A stretch of DNA of 64,000 nt from Andalucia godoyi And28 (lineage: Eukaryota; Protista; Jakobida), in assembly GCA_009859145.1 (NCBI GenBank), contig VRVR01000027.1, forward strand, positions 257,974-321,973. The letters are read 5' to 3'. Below are positions 11,501 to 22,219 of the stretch, one piece after another. Every line of letters begins with the position of its first letter. Position 1 is the stretch's first letter. A model generated the notes under the pieces. It saw only the letters and a list, made by a program, of their open reading frames with translations, had not been told where the DNA came from and searched no databases. The translations under genes and the position numbers were made by a program.

Positions 11501-12389
11501 TCCTCTTTTTCCTGATGATGTTGTAAGTCCTACTTCTCAAATCCTTCCCTTATCTGCTGTGGTTATTGACAAGTTTGAGCTCACGGATAGATTTTCTGGA
11601 AAGAAAAAAACGTGGACCGGAAAGAGTGATTCTGAATATCTTGATTTTGGAAATCAGATACCGCCACCGACTTCTTCCAAGATGTGCGTTGTTGCTGGTT
11701 CACATTATTGCCTCACAATCCCATCTTTTGTATCATTTTGTCGACAAGGTCGCGCTTCTCTGACGAAGAAAAACAAAACTTTTCCTCCCCAGCTCATTTC
11801 TCGTCCCACTGGAAATGATTTGGCCATTTTTGAAATCTCGGATGTTGACAAAAGCTTGTTGTTCAACTCGGGCAAATTGACTCCTCTTCTGATGCCCATC
11901 GGGACAGAATTGGAAACTTCTACTATTCGGTGGCCTTTTTCTCAGTTTTTTATCCAAGATCCTCTTTTATCCATTTGTGATTTTCTCACTCAAGCCAGGC
12001 GACTTCAGTGTCGATTTGAGTGTTCAAAATTTGGGCTGTCGAGCGGATGGACTGTTGGTTTTCTGGATTCTGTTGCCCCCGTTGGAAGTTCTCCTCAAGG
12101 GTATAATTTTCCGTCGCTTTTGAAGATCAGAGCAGACGTTTCTGGTTCATGTTGCGGTCGGGTATTGTCAGGACCAGGAGATTGTGGTGCATTATGGATA
12201 GTTACAAGAGTGGTATGTCCAAGCATCGTTTCTCAACAAATATCTGATTATGCGCGGTCTTTAGTGAATGTGATAATTGGGGTTCACATTTCTGGAGGAA
12301 CTGAATTGGATTCTTCTGTATTTGCGCGGGCTCTTCCGTCTGAAATATTTATTTCCCAACTCTTTAACTCCGTTGGCAATCTGCAGTAA
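8592..12389 (+). CDS. Dynamin-like P-loop GTPase fused to a C-terminal trypsin-like peptidase domain (1265 aa)
   Basis: N-terminus: GETGAGKSCLINALLG, G2-like T (ESGTHVP), LMDMPG. C-terminus from ~11380: NTLGG, LCGH (His), DLAIF (Asp), KFGLSSGWTVG, GPGDCGA (nucleophile position is Cys), IIGVHISG. Confidence 0.8.
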   Translation: MFQRLFLTYNAFNSIESSLSGIDADIRITPLRQQLSAVRQSLEQSVHGRKAAVAFFGETGAGKSCLINALLGTPLCLPPGAGESGTHVPVIIQKDDMVDKYSVRRIFWDPKELLANLWEAARSAKLVSTKGCDQKLTTTGLSDSSENSTAGNDSQSSDVYEDCLPMAVPPQLPVHDSAILEVAEQIFGKATRFEDDKKKRYREVLHSVKLNRDYLQNPEYFGDPQSVFEYIRDHVERKANTVHSIQTDKEIENFFLRNVVIRGPFPDAMVPDGMVLMDMPGLMDGEWMSQFAVVSELHRSSRAVLVVKNDTPGNHQMIQDLFALIFSLCSSSHNLNLVNNFIIAISHKGCKPPQVSQKYVKGYLENFETQRMKASPDSNSSKPTFVAVNSVMCLIHKKGVSLKQPALLEMWNLEADEFDDILHNGKTTAVAYMADLCDMCQNLFSTNVASNLRDLKKLVSYLRAQSRGDIYSSELFRIDYEKLRLSLARCLLKGQRRLEDYCKETKDRGLLRLVAHVSRFMEDAEDVDETILVLARRIFVGSDARPQIWWFKFVSFASQIAREAYDDCLIAVEKFASHADGLSGVRPDDFLGWHWTLRLELDLLFNGVASRASAQLENSVEILMDSIRTRTGDIILRTNSISAQESDSTEEAAVEEQQVVQFQNFVKSLSENFFSVQKLVNLFDDLPKNPTLWTKRPKSISSTIFDEITNVLECLDSQSTFSGQGLIGDLTAALQQYRERLKQLMFPQKWSAGSEPGIFLAKLLSDPAKCSLALICKKLGVFFAPYMFGHFVDERSCPKNERLENAMIDYFRKSGWDATTVLRDLHSTDDNDCRYTWTWFDFLISIRDQLHVCGFLLDHVEATTEFKFYLKLSSDDVLVAVHDRLLSLWRRRMNGFTCSPPPLCLVKESSSFAFESVEASGMSFCANACVGSTSNTLGGFISAGGRVFGVLCGHLFLDIKDVVRVECCKVPLFPDDVVSPTSQILPLSAVVIDKFELTDRFSGKKKTWTGKSDSEYLDFGNQIPPPTSSKMCVVAGSHYCLTIPSFVSFCRQGRASLTKKNKTFPPQLISRPTGNDLAIFEISDVDKSLLFNSGKLTPLLMPIGTELETSTIRWPFSQFFIQDPLLSICDFLTQARRLQCRFECSKFGLSSGWTVGFLDSVAPVGSSPQGYNFPSLLKIRADVSGSCCGRVLSGPGDCGALWIVTRVVCPSIVSQQISDYARSLVNVIIGVHISGGTELDSSVFARALPSEIFISQLFNSVGNLQ

Positions 12390-12910
12390 TTCATAGGACA
12401 TGTATTGGACAGCTTCTATTTTCAACAGTCGTGATTTCAGTGGTTCTGGTAATTACCTTCACTTTGCTGTTGCCGGTTTGAATGAACCATTTCAGAGATA
12501 GAGTATTGTGTGTCTTGTCACTTTGAATTGATAAAATAACTTGTGGCTCACGTACATTGTTCTTGTGATATAATTAATTCAACCCGGAGACATCAGCTTT
12601 ACTATTAACAGCATTCCCAAGTTTTCTGAGTCAGCAACTTCAAATCCGTTTATTTCACTGCTGAGGGGTTTCCAATTGCACGTATGTGGATCTGCGATTT
12701 GTGTCGAACCCTCTTGAATCGTTTTCATAGAAATTGCCCTTGATGGAGCCGAACTTTGTGGCACCCAGGCTTGCCACAGCATAACAGAATATTATGGATG
12801 TCTTTGAAACATCAGAAATTTGGCACGGGAAAGGATCATATCTCTCGTCGGGAGGACCGCAAAATTGGAGGGGTTGTTGAAAAATCACTCATGCAGTCAT
12901 GCGGCAGGTG

Positions 12911-15079
12911 CACCAAAACATCGCGGATTACAAGCGGTCCATTTTATGGTGTAAGAGATCCATTTTGAATTGTCAGCTTTACCCTAAAACAGCAACCGAA
13001 TAAGCAGAGAAACATGGCCGACAAAGAATGCGATCCATTTAAAGTATGAAAAGCCGCGACCCAACAGACGCAAGAATCCCTGTCCAACATTCCGATTCCG
13101 GAAGTTCCCCAGGAAGTGCTGCAGCGAGTCCGTCAAGGGACCTAACCCCAAGCACCAGCCAAGGTAACAACAACGCAAGTACCCCGGCAGTCAAGTCACC
13201 CGCGATACGGAGAACAAATGTGAATGCAGCCAGGCTCTTGCAGCAACCGAGTGAGGCTGTACAACTCGTTGTCTCCACCGATGTTGGAGAGCAGAACATG
13301 CCCCAGCTGCCCGAAGACCACTTTCCAGAGCTCAGCCATACCACCCTGACGGATTTCATGTCGAAATCGCAGAGGTTGCGTCTTCAGGAGCAAGAAAAAA
13401 GAGATAAGGAAGCGACTGCAAAAGCAGAGCTGGCAAACAAAGCCAGAGAGGCCACCATCCAAGCAGGGGTTCGTCAATTCTTAATGACAGTGGCCGTTGA
13501 CACCAGCGTGGAACAGAAAAAACAGGAAGACCAGGAGTCGCACGAAGGTGAAGAAGAGAAAGCGACACAGCATCGACAACCAAAGGACACCATCTGCCGG
13601 AGAGACAAGGAGATTGTCTGGAACAGCATACGCAACGATACATCCACATTGCACGATCTGGCCGTCGTTTTGAATCACAAAGAAGAGACTCTGTACCAGA
13701 CATTTCACCGGATGCAAAAGCGGGCGAGATGGGGAGAAGATCCGCTTCAGCCACTCGCGCACGGAGCGATGAATCCCCAAGTGCCGACGACCTCGACTAT
13801 TTTTTGATGACCAGCTTCTTTGGGCAGCGCGGCACTGGTCATCGACAACACTCTCCACTACAAAGACCTGGTGGGAATGATGCAGAAGCAGTTTCCAAAA
13901 CTGGAACAGCACGATCGGGAAAACGGGGCTGCAGTGCTACAGCACTGGATGCATTTACATTTGGGATTCTGAGCAACTGATTTCTATCCAGCCTCCCTAA
14001 GCAGAAATTTGCCGAGGATCATCGAAGCAAGGTACCAGTACGCAAAGATGATGTCGACTGTGAAACGTGCGGAGTACGACAATGCAATCTTCATCGACGA
14101 GACACCGTTCAATGTTTGCGTGTTCCCAAGCGAAGGCCTGAGTGTGAAAGGATGCAGACCGCTGGTGCCGAATGGAAGCTCGACCTTCCGAACGTTTCTG
14201 CAATCGAGGCGTGAACAAAGAGAGGATCGCGTATTTTGGGTGCTACCTCGGCAGCGTCAAAGCGCAAACATACGCTGATTTTCTCAAACATCTCTTCGCC
14301 GAGTTGCAGAAGACTGGAGGAATTCCCAAGGAAGGGGATCCAAAACAGCTCATTGTCCAGGACAACTGTGCTATCCACAAAGCAAAAATCTGAAATCCCA
14401 GAAGGCATTGAAATGTGCTTTTTGCCCCCGTACTCGCCGTTTCTCGATCCGTGTGAGGAAGTCTTCAGCATGTGGAAATGGTATTTCACACAGATTGTGA
14501 TGAACACTCTTCCGCATTCAAAGGAGAATCTTGTCGACTTGATATGCAAGGCCTACCGCCAAGTCACTTCTTCTGGAATCAAAGGTGCCTGGAATCATAC
14601 TCTGTCGTCCTTCATAGATTCCTTGGACCGTCTGCCGGTATCAACGCAGCGGCTTCTTGACCACGTTCACACAGGAGACGAGAAGGAAGCTGCGGCGATT
14701 CGCAAATTCAAAGAATGGGGGTTGGAGTACACCCCGGCAAGAACGGACGCATCGATAGGACTCAGCGAAGAACACGAAGAGACTGTTGAAGAATCAGACA
14801 CTGGAGAGCCACAGCCAGCAGGCGCCACCATCCATGCTGTTCAACAACATCTGGGAGAAGGACAAGATGATGATGATGACTAGGAAATTCGAAGTGAGCG
14901 CTCCGTCTGACTTTCCTCGTAAAACATCAAAACAGCGGTGCACCGTGCAGCTGAGCGAAATAAAGAAGAACGCGGGAAAAAAAGAAGGAATTTTGGATCT
15001 TTGGCGTCAAGCCTTACAATTCAAAATGGATACCTGACTGTAAAAATGGATCGCTTACACAATCCGTGATGTTTAGGTG
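12911..15079 (+). mobile_element. Second, identical copy of the decayed Tc1/IS630-like transposon
   Basis: Mirror of 6155-8323. TA is present at the outer end (15080-15081) but absent at the inner end (12909-12910 = TG). Confidence 0.88.
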
Positions 15080-15317
15080 TAAGTGGTGGTTGCAGCAATT
15101 CACCGGGCTTGGGAGGTGCCATTGATCGGGAGACAGCTGCGTCATTTGATTCTAGATTCGAACGTCAAAGATCAGTCGGCAAACGGCGACGCCTGGAAAC
15201 TCTTCATGCAACGTGCAAAAGAACTGTTGCGCTGTCGCATTTCGCACTTTTTTGACAAGGAAATTTATCGGTCTGGGTAATTAAGATCTATCTATCTTTT
15301 CTTGTTTTTACAATCAA

Positions 15318-16877
15318 ATGCAAAACTCCATTCAATCTTTAGTTGACGGCAACAGTTATTTTGAGGCACTTGACAAAGCATTGCAAAGTTGTCGAAAATG
15401 CTTTATCATTATTGGCTTGTCTTTGGATCCGTTAACTCAATTGAAAGAAGGCAGAGCGCTTCATCAGGCGTTGAACGATGTTATGGAGCGAGACAAAGAT
15501 TCATGTGGGTTTATCGTTTGTTGGAAAATCAAAGCAGATGCCGAGGAATGGAAGCTTCTATGTTCTACGCATAGATCACGGTTATTTGTGAAAGAAATGA
15601 GTAGATTGTTTAGTCTAAGTGAAAGTGTCATCTGGAGCCGGCATGAGAAAATTGTCGTCGTGGACAATCGAACTGTATTCTTTGGTGGTCTCGATATTTT
15701 ACCAGATAGGTATGATACACAACTCCATGGAACGGTCCCATTTCCGCGCGGGGTATATAACAAGCTATTTCCACGATGGGCTCACGACACCCGACTGCCT
15801 TGGCATGACTTGAATGTTTCATTTGAAGGAACAGGCTCTGAGATTTGTTCCCATGCCTACCATCGCCTTACACACGCATTCGGGAAGAACAAATATGCTG
15901 TACAGGTTCTGAGGAATATGAGAGAAAATCACTTTTCGAAATGCTCGCGGGATTCCAAGGTTCGGTTCTTCATGAATCCGTTCCGGAAGGATTTTGAAAC
16001 TCCTCATCCAATTGCAGCGGAGTACATTCATCTCATTCATACAGCGAAAGAATTGATATATGTAGAAAATCAGTATTTTTCCAGTCTTCACATCCATGAG
16101 GAAGGAGAAGTAATTCGAGATACGCCAATGTCCGCGTTGGCGGATCGTCTAGTTCGAGCAGTAGAAAACAACGAATCATTTAGAGTTGTGATCCTTTTAC
16201 CGGCCTTTCCCGATGCCGAAATCTGTCCTTTGTCGTTGGGTTCTCCGTTACATGCTGCTACTCGCACTTCTATTGATGCCTTCATTGAGCACGTGAGCTC
16301 GCGCGTGAATGAGGATAAGCGAGATGATGTGGTAGATTTCATCGCATTTTCGGCGTTAATGAATTACTCCTTGAAAAGCCAATCAACTCAAGAGAGTGGA
16401 TATCTTGTCGAATCGTGTAGCATGATTTATGTGCACTCGAAACTTATGATTGTTGACAAGCAAATTGCGGTCATTGGTTCAGCCAATTTCAACGATCGAA
16501 GCTTTGAGCAAGATCAAGAATTGATTGCAACCATACATGACGAGAAATTTGCTACCGATCTTTTTCATGATTTGTGGACGGAGCATCTCGGTCCAAACAT
16601 CGATACAACAGTATCCTCCGTGGATCTTTTCACATTATGGCGAACGAAGGCCAACAACCTAGGTCGAATGATTCAGAAGTACATGCTGCCTGTCCCCAAC
16701 AACAGCTTCAAGGAAAGGAAGGATTGGAAGTTTCATATGTATCAGATTCGTGAAAAACGGAGGTACATATGTGAATTACCTGATGATATTCAGAATTGTC
16801 GAGTGTATGAGTACCCTCGATCCGCGCTCTCTGGTGATTTACTCGATTCAGACACGAAAAAGAAAGAATTATACTGA
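15318..16877 (+). CDS. Phospholipase D, identical second copy
   Basis: Translation identical to 4357-5916; two HKD motifs. Confidence 0.9.
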   Translation: MQNSIQSLVDGNSYFEALDKALQSCRKCFIIIGLSLDPLTQLKEGRALHQALNDVMERDKDSCGFIVCWKIKADAEEWKLLCSTHRSRLFVKEMSRLFSLSESVIWSRHEKIVVVDNRTVFFGGLDILPDRYDTQLHGTVPFPRGVYNKLFPRWAHDTRLPWHDLNVSFEGTGSEICSHAYHRLTHAFGKNKYAVQVLRNMRENHFSKCSRDSKVRFFMNPFRKDFETPHPIAAEYIHLIHTAKELIYVENQYFSSLHIHEEGEVIRDTPMSALADRLVRAVENNESFRVVILLPAFPDAEICPLSLGSPLHAATRTSIDAFIEHVSSRVNEDKRDDVVDFIAFSALMNYSLKSQSTQESGYLVESCSMIYVHSKLMIVDKQIAVIGSANFNDRSFEQDQELIATIHDEKFATDLFHDLWTEHLGPNIDTTVSSVDLFTLWRTKANNLGRMIQKYMLPVPNNSFKERKDWKFHMYQIREKRRYICELPDDIQNCRVYEYPRSALSGDLLDSDTKKKELY

Positions 16878-17008
16878 TAATTGAAGGAAATCGATGAAAC
16901 ACATGTGTCCATATCGCCAGAATCCGTCAGAGCGCTCGCTAAAGAATGCAGGAAAATGAAGCGATAGAGAAAGATGTGTGTGTAGGTGCGAAGCGCCATC
17001 TCATGTGT

Positions 17009-20000
17009 CTACACAGACTCAGAAAAGGCTTTCCTGTATCGTTCAAAAAGCTTTGTTTGCTCGTTTGTAAAATAAAACCCAGCAGTTTTCAGAGTCCTCG
17101 TCGCAATAAACTTTTCGCGATCCGACCATTTAGCATGGTTGAAGACTTCAGACAGAACATTGCGTCCATTTTTCCTCATTTCCTTGATACTGTCACGGAA
17201 ACATTGCATGTCTGAAGCAAGCATTTCGAATCCTCTAGTGTCTACTCGAGAAAGCACCTGATCCACAGTGAGGTCCCACGGGATTTTCGGCTTTTTTTCA
17301 TCGTCAAAGGTCAACCACAAAAGATCGTTGAGATCACTGTGTTTTTCAATCAATCTTGCGAACCCGAAATCTTGAATGGCAATATCGACCAATTCCAACT
17401 TATCCTTTCGCACCCACGAAGACCGCATAATGACCCATATAACGACATTCAAAATATCGAGATGACGATCCAAATTGCCTTTTCCAAACTGATACATGAC
17501 GTCCCAAGCGTTTTTACAGTCCTCGAGAGACTGCAATGTCTGCATGTTGTTAGATAGCTGTTGAATTGTAGACTGCACAACGTTTTGGTATAACGTTTGA
17601 CGAGGTGTGATTGTCAAATGAGGCACGTAATCAACTTGAAAACAACGTTTCCACAGGTCATGGAACATCGCACGCAAATCCTTGTCATTATAGTCTTCAG
17701 CACAGTCAAACGTAATGCTGAGATGGTCTCCATTTTCTGACAGATCGAAAAGAAATCCAAAGAGAACATATCCATTGTCCGATACACATCGCGACACCCA
17801 TTTTCCATATTCTGTGATCGAATACGATGAAAGACCAATAACACAGCCAAGTTCACGGTTAGTCAGGTCGAGAAAACACTTTTTAGAAATCTCCGGGAAG
17901 TTGCTCCATGTTGACTGATATGACTTCTCGATATCTTCTTCATACAAACACTTCAGGCCTCGTCCTTTGAGCAATGATAATGTTCTTGATCGAAATACAG
18001 ACAATACTGGAATAGACAGAGGAAATCCGGTCACCTTCTTCGACAAAAAATCAAACAAGAACTGGAGAATGATACTGCGATATTCCAGTAGTTGCACTTT
18101 TTCGATGAGTTGTGACAATGTCAAAGTGTCATCTTCATATATACTCTCAAACAAAGCGAAAAGGTTTTCGTCTTCTGAGAAAGTACTTAAAACCATTCCG
18201 TTTTTCCGAATCTGCAGTTTGTATGAAGTACCGCCTACAAAAGCATGTGCAACAACCGACATAGAAGGCTGCAACAAGCCGTAAAGAACATCTTTGATGC
18301 TACTGAAGCTCGGAATGTGGTATTTCCAAAAGATGGAGAGATGTAAAATATCATTCCAGGCGTCCCAAATGACGATGCTGTCATCAAAAGTAATCTTCAG
18401 GGACTTTTGCTGCACATCAACATCTAATGATTTGATCGACGGGAAAAGTTGATGGGTCGCGTTGGCGTTATGAGGACTGTTTGGATCACATAAATGATGA
18501 AGGAACATATCCTTTGAGTCAAAAATCAGATCTTGAACCGGTATTAACGCATGGTCGAAAAGCCACACACCCAAGCGCTTCCAGATCAAAGAACTGGATA
18601 TATCCACATGCTTTGAACGCAATTTGTAAGTCAAAGTAAGGCAATCTTGAACTTCTTGCCGCAAAGGATCCGTCGAAATAAGCCATAGATGTTGAGCGGA
18701 AAACAGGAAGACACCTAGAAAAGGGCGAAAAGATTTCGATATCAAAAGAGTATCATGTTGATAAACCTGCTTGAAGCACTGAAAGCAACAAAACAAAGAA
18801 AACAGGAAATCTTCGTAATTTCCAGACGACAAGCCGCTTTCAAAGGATGCTCTGCAGAAATGAAAGCTAGCAGTCCAGAATTCCGACATGGATGTTTGAT
18901 TCAACCTCAGTGACTGCAGAGTGGAAGAAGAGTTCTCTCGCTCAATAAACCATGAAGGCGAAGGATTGAAGGGTGTGGGTTTCTCCATGAGATCTTCATC
19001 ATTTTGCTTTTGCTTTTTTGATGTTTTTCGAGGAGAAAGGGGACCTGAAGATGAATGAGAGAGAATGACGACTTCTTTGTCACTTGGTGTCCAGGAGAAC
19101 CCCAGGTCATGTTGCACTTGAGCGTTAAACAAAAGTATCCGCATTTTCTCGCGCAATTCCGGTCTGCAATGACTCCAGGAACTTCGAAGATCCACGAGTT
19201 CCATACATCTTCTAAGATTGGATTCGAAATCTTTCTTCGAACGACGGATTAAAGCGCTGTAAAATAGCATTTTGGCAAGAACCCATCTGCGAGCATATTC
19301 TGTGTCCCCGGATGATTCTACCTGGCAGAACTGAGAAGCCATCTTCAAAAGATTTTGACAATCTTGAAGAACAGGTGCATTCTTTGCCCGGGTGATAACA
19401 TAGTTTGCAAAACACAGTGCGCATTGGATAATGTCGTTGGGCATATCATTAGCAAGTTGCTCGTCATTGATTATCACTTCAAAGAAAGGACGGTAACCCT
19501 GAAGGATGCTCATAGAACAATTATTCATCTCGATCACCCGAAACATACACTCGCAAGTAAGAACAATAAATGAACACATTTGCGTGCGAAGAAGTCCAAG
19601 GTCTTTCGACATCGACATACAAAATTGTGAGGTCGCTGTCTGATCTTGTGAAATCAATGCCAACCATACCGACCATAATTTGGAAGCGGATTTAAAGTTT
19701 CCCTGAGGCCTACGACCGCCAAGGCACTGATCACAAAATGTATCAAGTTTCAGGTAACGTTGGATTTTCCGAAAACCATCATCACCTTGAGTGACGAGCG
19801 CGGAAATACGGCTCTTCCAAAAAGCATCCACATAAATCCGAAATGAAAGGGGATCGTGTTTTCGATGACTGAATAAAATCCAGGATATGGTTTCTTCGAG
19901 AAGATCTAGAATTTTTGTCACATCAAAGTTCAACTTGTCAATTTTCGAATCTTCGAAGGAACAAATCCATGAGCTGATCAAGGAGAATTTCATGATAACA

Positions 20001-20035
20001 ACGATAGGTCCGCAAACAAGAAAAAAGCGAAACAA
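17009..20035 (-). CDS. Hypothetical 1008-aa protein, identical second copy
   Basis: Translation identical to 1199-4225. Confidence 0.8.
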   Translation of the reverse strand: MFRFFLVCGPIVVIMKFSLISSWICSFEDSKIDKLNFDVTKILDLLEETISWILFSHRKHDPLSFRIYVDAFWKSRISALVTQGDDGFRKIQRYLKLDTFCDQCLGGRRPQGNFKSASKLWSVWLALISQDQTATSQFCMSMSKDLGLLRTQMCSFIVLTCECMFRVIEMNNCSMSILQGYRPFFEVIINDEQLANDMPNDIIQCALCFANYVITRAKNAPVLQDCQNLLKMASQFCQVESSGDTEYARRWVLAKMLFYSALIRRSKKDFESNLRRCMELVDLRSSWSHCRPELREKMRILLFNAQVQHDLGFSWTPSDKEVVILSHSSSGPLSPRKTSKKQKQNDEDLMEKPTPFNPSPSWFIERENSSSTLQSLRLNQTSMSEFWTASFHFCRASFESGLSSGNYEDFLFSLFCCFQCFKQVYQHDTLLISKSFRPFLGVFLFSAQHLWLISTDPLRQEVQDCLTLTYKLRSKHVDISSSLIWKRLGVWLFDHALIPVQDLIFDSKDMFLHHLCDPNSPHNANATHQLFPSIKSLDVDVQQKSLKITFDDSIVIWDAWNDILHLSIFWKYHIPSFSSIKDVLYGLLQPSMSVVAHAFVGGTSYKLQIRKNGMVLSTFSEDENLFALFESIYEDDTLTLSQLIEKVQLLEYRSIILQFLFDFLSKKVTGFPLSIPVLSVFRSRTLSLLKGRGLKCLYEEDIEKSYQSTWSNFPEISKKCFLDLTNRELGCVIGLSSYSITEYGKWVSRCVSDNGYVLFGFLFDLSENGDHLSITFDCAEDYNDKDLRAMFHDLWKRCFQVDYVPHLTITPRQTLYQNVVQSTIQQLSNNMQTLQSLEDCKNAWDVMYQFGKGNLDRHLDILNVVIWVIMRSSWVRKDKLELVDIAIQDFGFARLIEKHSDLNDLLWLTFDDEKKPKIPWDLTVDQVLSRVDTRGFEMLASDMQCFRDSIKEMRKNGRNVLSEVFNHAKWSDREKFIATRTLKTAGFYFTNEQTKLFERYRKAFSESV

Positions 20036-21334
20036 TGACCAAACTCAAAGAGGACAGTTACGTGATTTTCAAATTGTAGGTTTCGAGGTAGAGCGAAGAA
20101 TTCTGGTGTTTTCATGCTCCCCACGGCCCAGCCACGTAGTCACGTGAGACTGTCGTTGCAAAAATCGGTTTTTCCCCGCCTTTTTTTTGAGGAGTGCACA
20201 GCATCCAGCATCAACTATTGATTTTATACAGTGCAGCGACCGAAATTCACCAAAACAACAATTTCCAGAAGTTGATTGCTGCCTCAGCTTTGTTTTTCTG
20301 TTCAACATCTTCTTCTTTTTCTCACGGCAAATGAACGCTAGTGGGTCCGCGAGTTTTTCGCTAAACCAATTAGAATTGGTTTTGACTCAGTTGCTTTCGC
20401 AACTCAAAGAAAGGGAGGCATCTCTGAGAAACAAGTTATGTTCCAGGTCTCGGACCGGAGGACTGCACAGTCGCGTAGTCGCAAGTCGTTGTGCGGCCTA
20501 ACGAGGACGATGCCACGAACAATGATGCACCCGCGGAGACAGGAGCTTCTCGTTCTGCAACTGCCGCTGAACAGTTATCTCCACCTGCAACAAATTCTCA
20601 AAGCCATCCGCAGTCCAATATGACAAGCGCTGGACTTCGGGGTGGCCAGCAACATGTTATCCATTCCTCTTGGCGCACGACTATTTTTAATTTGTTTCCT
20701 AACGAACCCTCCAAGTCTCTTCGACTCACCAGTGAATTGGATTCTTTTGCAAGTATTTGCAAGGCATAACAGAAGTTCTGCTGAAGAAACGGTCTCGTCC
20801 TTCAGGGATGAAGAAACTGACATATGACACCGATGACGAGCTGGACAGAGACTGCAACACCTGTAATGCTCTCTACAATGCATATCATCACTCGAGAGAC
20901 CTGCAAGACTTCGCGAAACGGATTGGGACTGTACGTGATGAGCGCAAAACTCGACGTTCTACAGATAGCGGTAACCGATTCTCGGCTGATATAAAGCCTC
21001 GCCGTGTCTTCGAGCAGCTTGAAGTGTTTGTTGTGTGTTTCCATGAAATGGCCGCATGGCAGTGATATGCTCTGCGGTGGTTTGATTGTTTTGATACTTC
21101 TTTTGCTGCCTCTCTATTAAAAATGCTCGATTGTCCGTTTGTTTCCAGAAACTTCTGTCTCGAATCATGGTCAACGACATGGGAATCGAATAGCTGAATT
21201 TTGTGTAAAGAACTGTCATTGCTTCAGTGTGCAACATCTGATCAATAATAATGAGCGTGTTTCATACGGTTTTTCTTGTTCAGATCGTTCACTTCTGTAG
21301 GTACTGGCAATGACACTCACAGGTAATCAGGAAT

Positions 21335-22219
21335 CTACAGGACTTCTTGCGTTTCGCTGCATAACACGCAAACTCCAGCTTGCTCAAGGCAGCGATTGAG
21401 ATCGCGAGACGTTGCATGGGTATCTGGATGATCTGGTCCAAGAACTTGTTCTCGATTGCGTAGAACGTCTCGATATCCTAATAATGCGGCATCGTAATCC
21501 TCTTTGAGCATGCGACACCGGGCAATGCTGTGTCGCGTAGTCAACGTCATCGGATGCAAATCACCCAAAAGTCGCTGCTGTGAATCCACAACAGACGAAA
21601 ACTCCTCTAGGGCGTCCTCATACTTGCCTTGATCCATTAGGCAATACGCAATTCCATGACACATCTCATACGTATCAGGATGATCTGTTCCCAGCAGCCG
21701 CTGTCGATCATGTAAAACCGCTTTGTATTCCGATATCGCTGTATCCTTATGTAGTAACATAAGGCATTTTCCATAGTTGTAACGAATATCGAGGGTAATT
21801 GCATCTTCAGGATCAAGGACTTGCTCCTGATCTTTGAGTAGGCATTCCAACAGCTTCAGTGGAACATCTAAGTCACTTTGAAGCATGCGACACGAAGCAG
21901 TACTGTTCCGAATACGCAAAACTTCGGGATGCTGGACTCCGAGACGTTTCTCTTGAATATCCAACAAGGTTTCAAACTCCTGAAGTGCTATGTCGTATTC
22001 TCTGCTGAGTTTCAAACAATGGGCAACATCATACAGACAGGTGCACGTAAAAGGATGACTACTGCCGAAAGACTGTTCTGCAGCGATGTGAACATCCTGA
22101 AATCGTGAGAGGGTCATCTTGTAGTTCCCTTGATCGCATACGGATGAAGCAACGTCCTTTCTTGACTCTAAAGTGTCGACATGTCCAGCGCCAAAAAGTT
22201 GGGTCTTGATAGCTGTCAA
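21335..22219 (-). CDS. TPR-repeat segment (42-aa kinesin-light-chain-type repeats), probably the frameshifted C-terminus of the kinase-TPR gene
   Basis: Repeated LGxxHPxTL motifs at 42-aa spacing. It has no ATG start and overlaps the stop of 22216-25809. Restoring one base joins ...EHLK to LTAIK... and completes a repeat. Confidence 0.8.
   Translation of the reverse strand: MTAIKTQLFGAGHVDTLESRKDVASSVCDQGNYKMTLSRFQDVHIAAEQSFGSSHPFTCTCLYDVAHCLKLSREYDIALQEFETLLDIQEKRLGVQHPEVLRIRNSTASCRMLQSDLDVPLKLLECLLKDQEQVLDPEDAITLDIRYNYGKCLMLLHKDTAISEYKAVLHDRQRLLGTDHPDTYEMCHGIAYCLMDQGKYEDALEEFSSVVDSQQRLLGDLHPMTLTTRHSIARCRMLKEDYDAALLGYRDVLRNREQVLGPDHPDTHATSRDLNRCLEQAGVCVLCSETQEVL

Larger units (their letters stand above)
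12911..21233. repeat. Right arm of the inverted duplication
   Basis: Reverse complement of 1-8323. It begins at CACCAAAACATCG (12911) and matches window base 1 at 21233. Confidence 0.97.

Noticed and set aside
6155-15079. Tn10-like composite transposon carrying the dynamin-protease gene
   Set aside because: The sequences outside the two copies are inverted duplicates of each other, not the two halves of one target site. The left copy also has its own TA on both sides.
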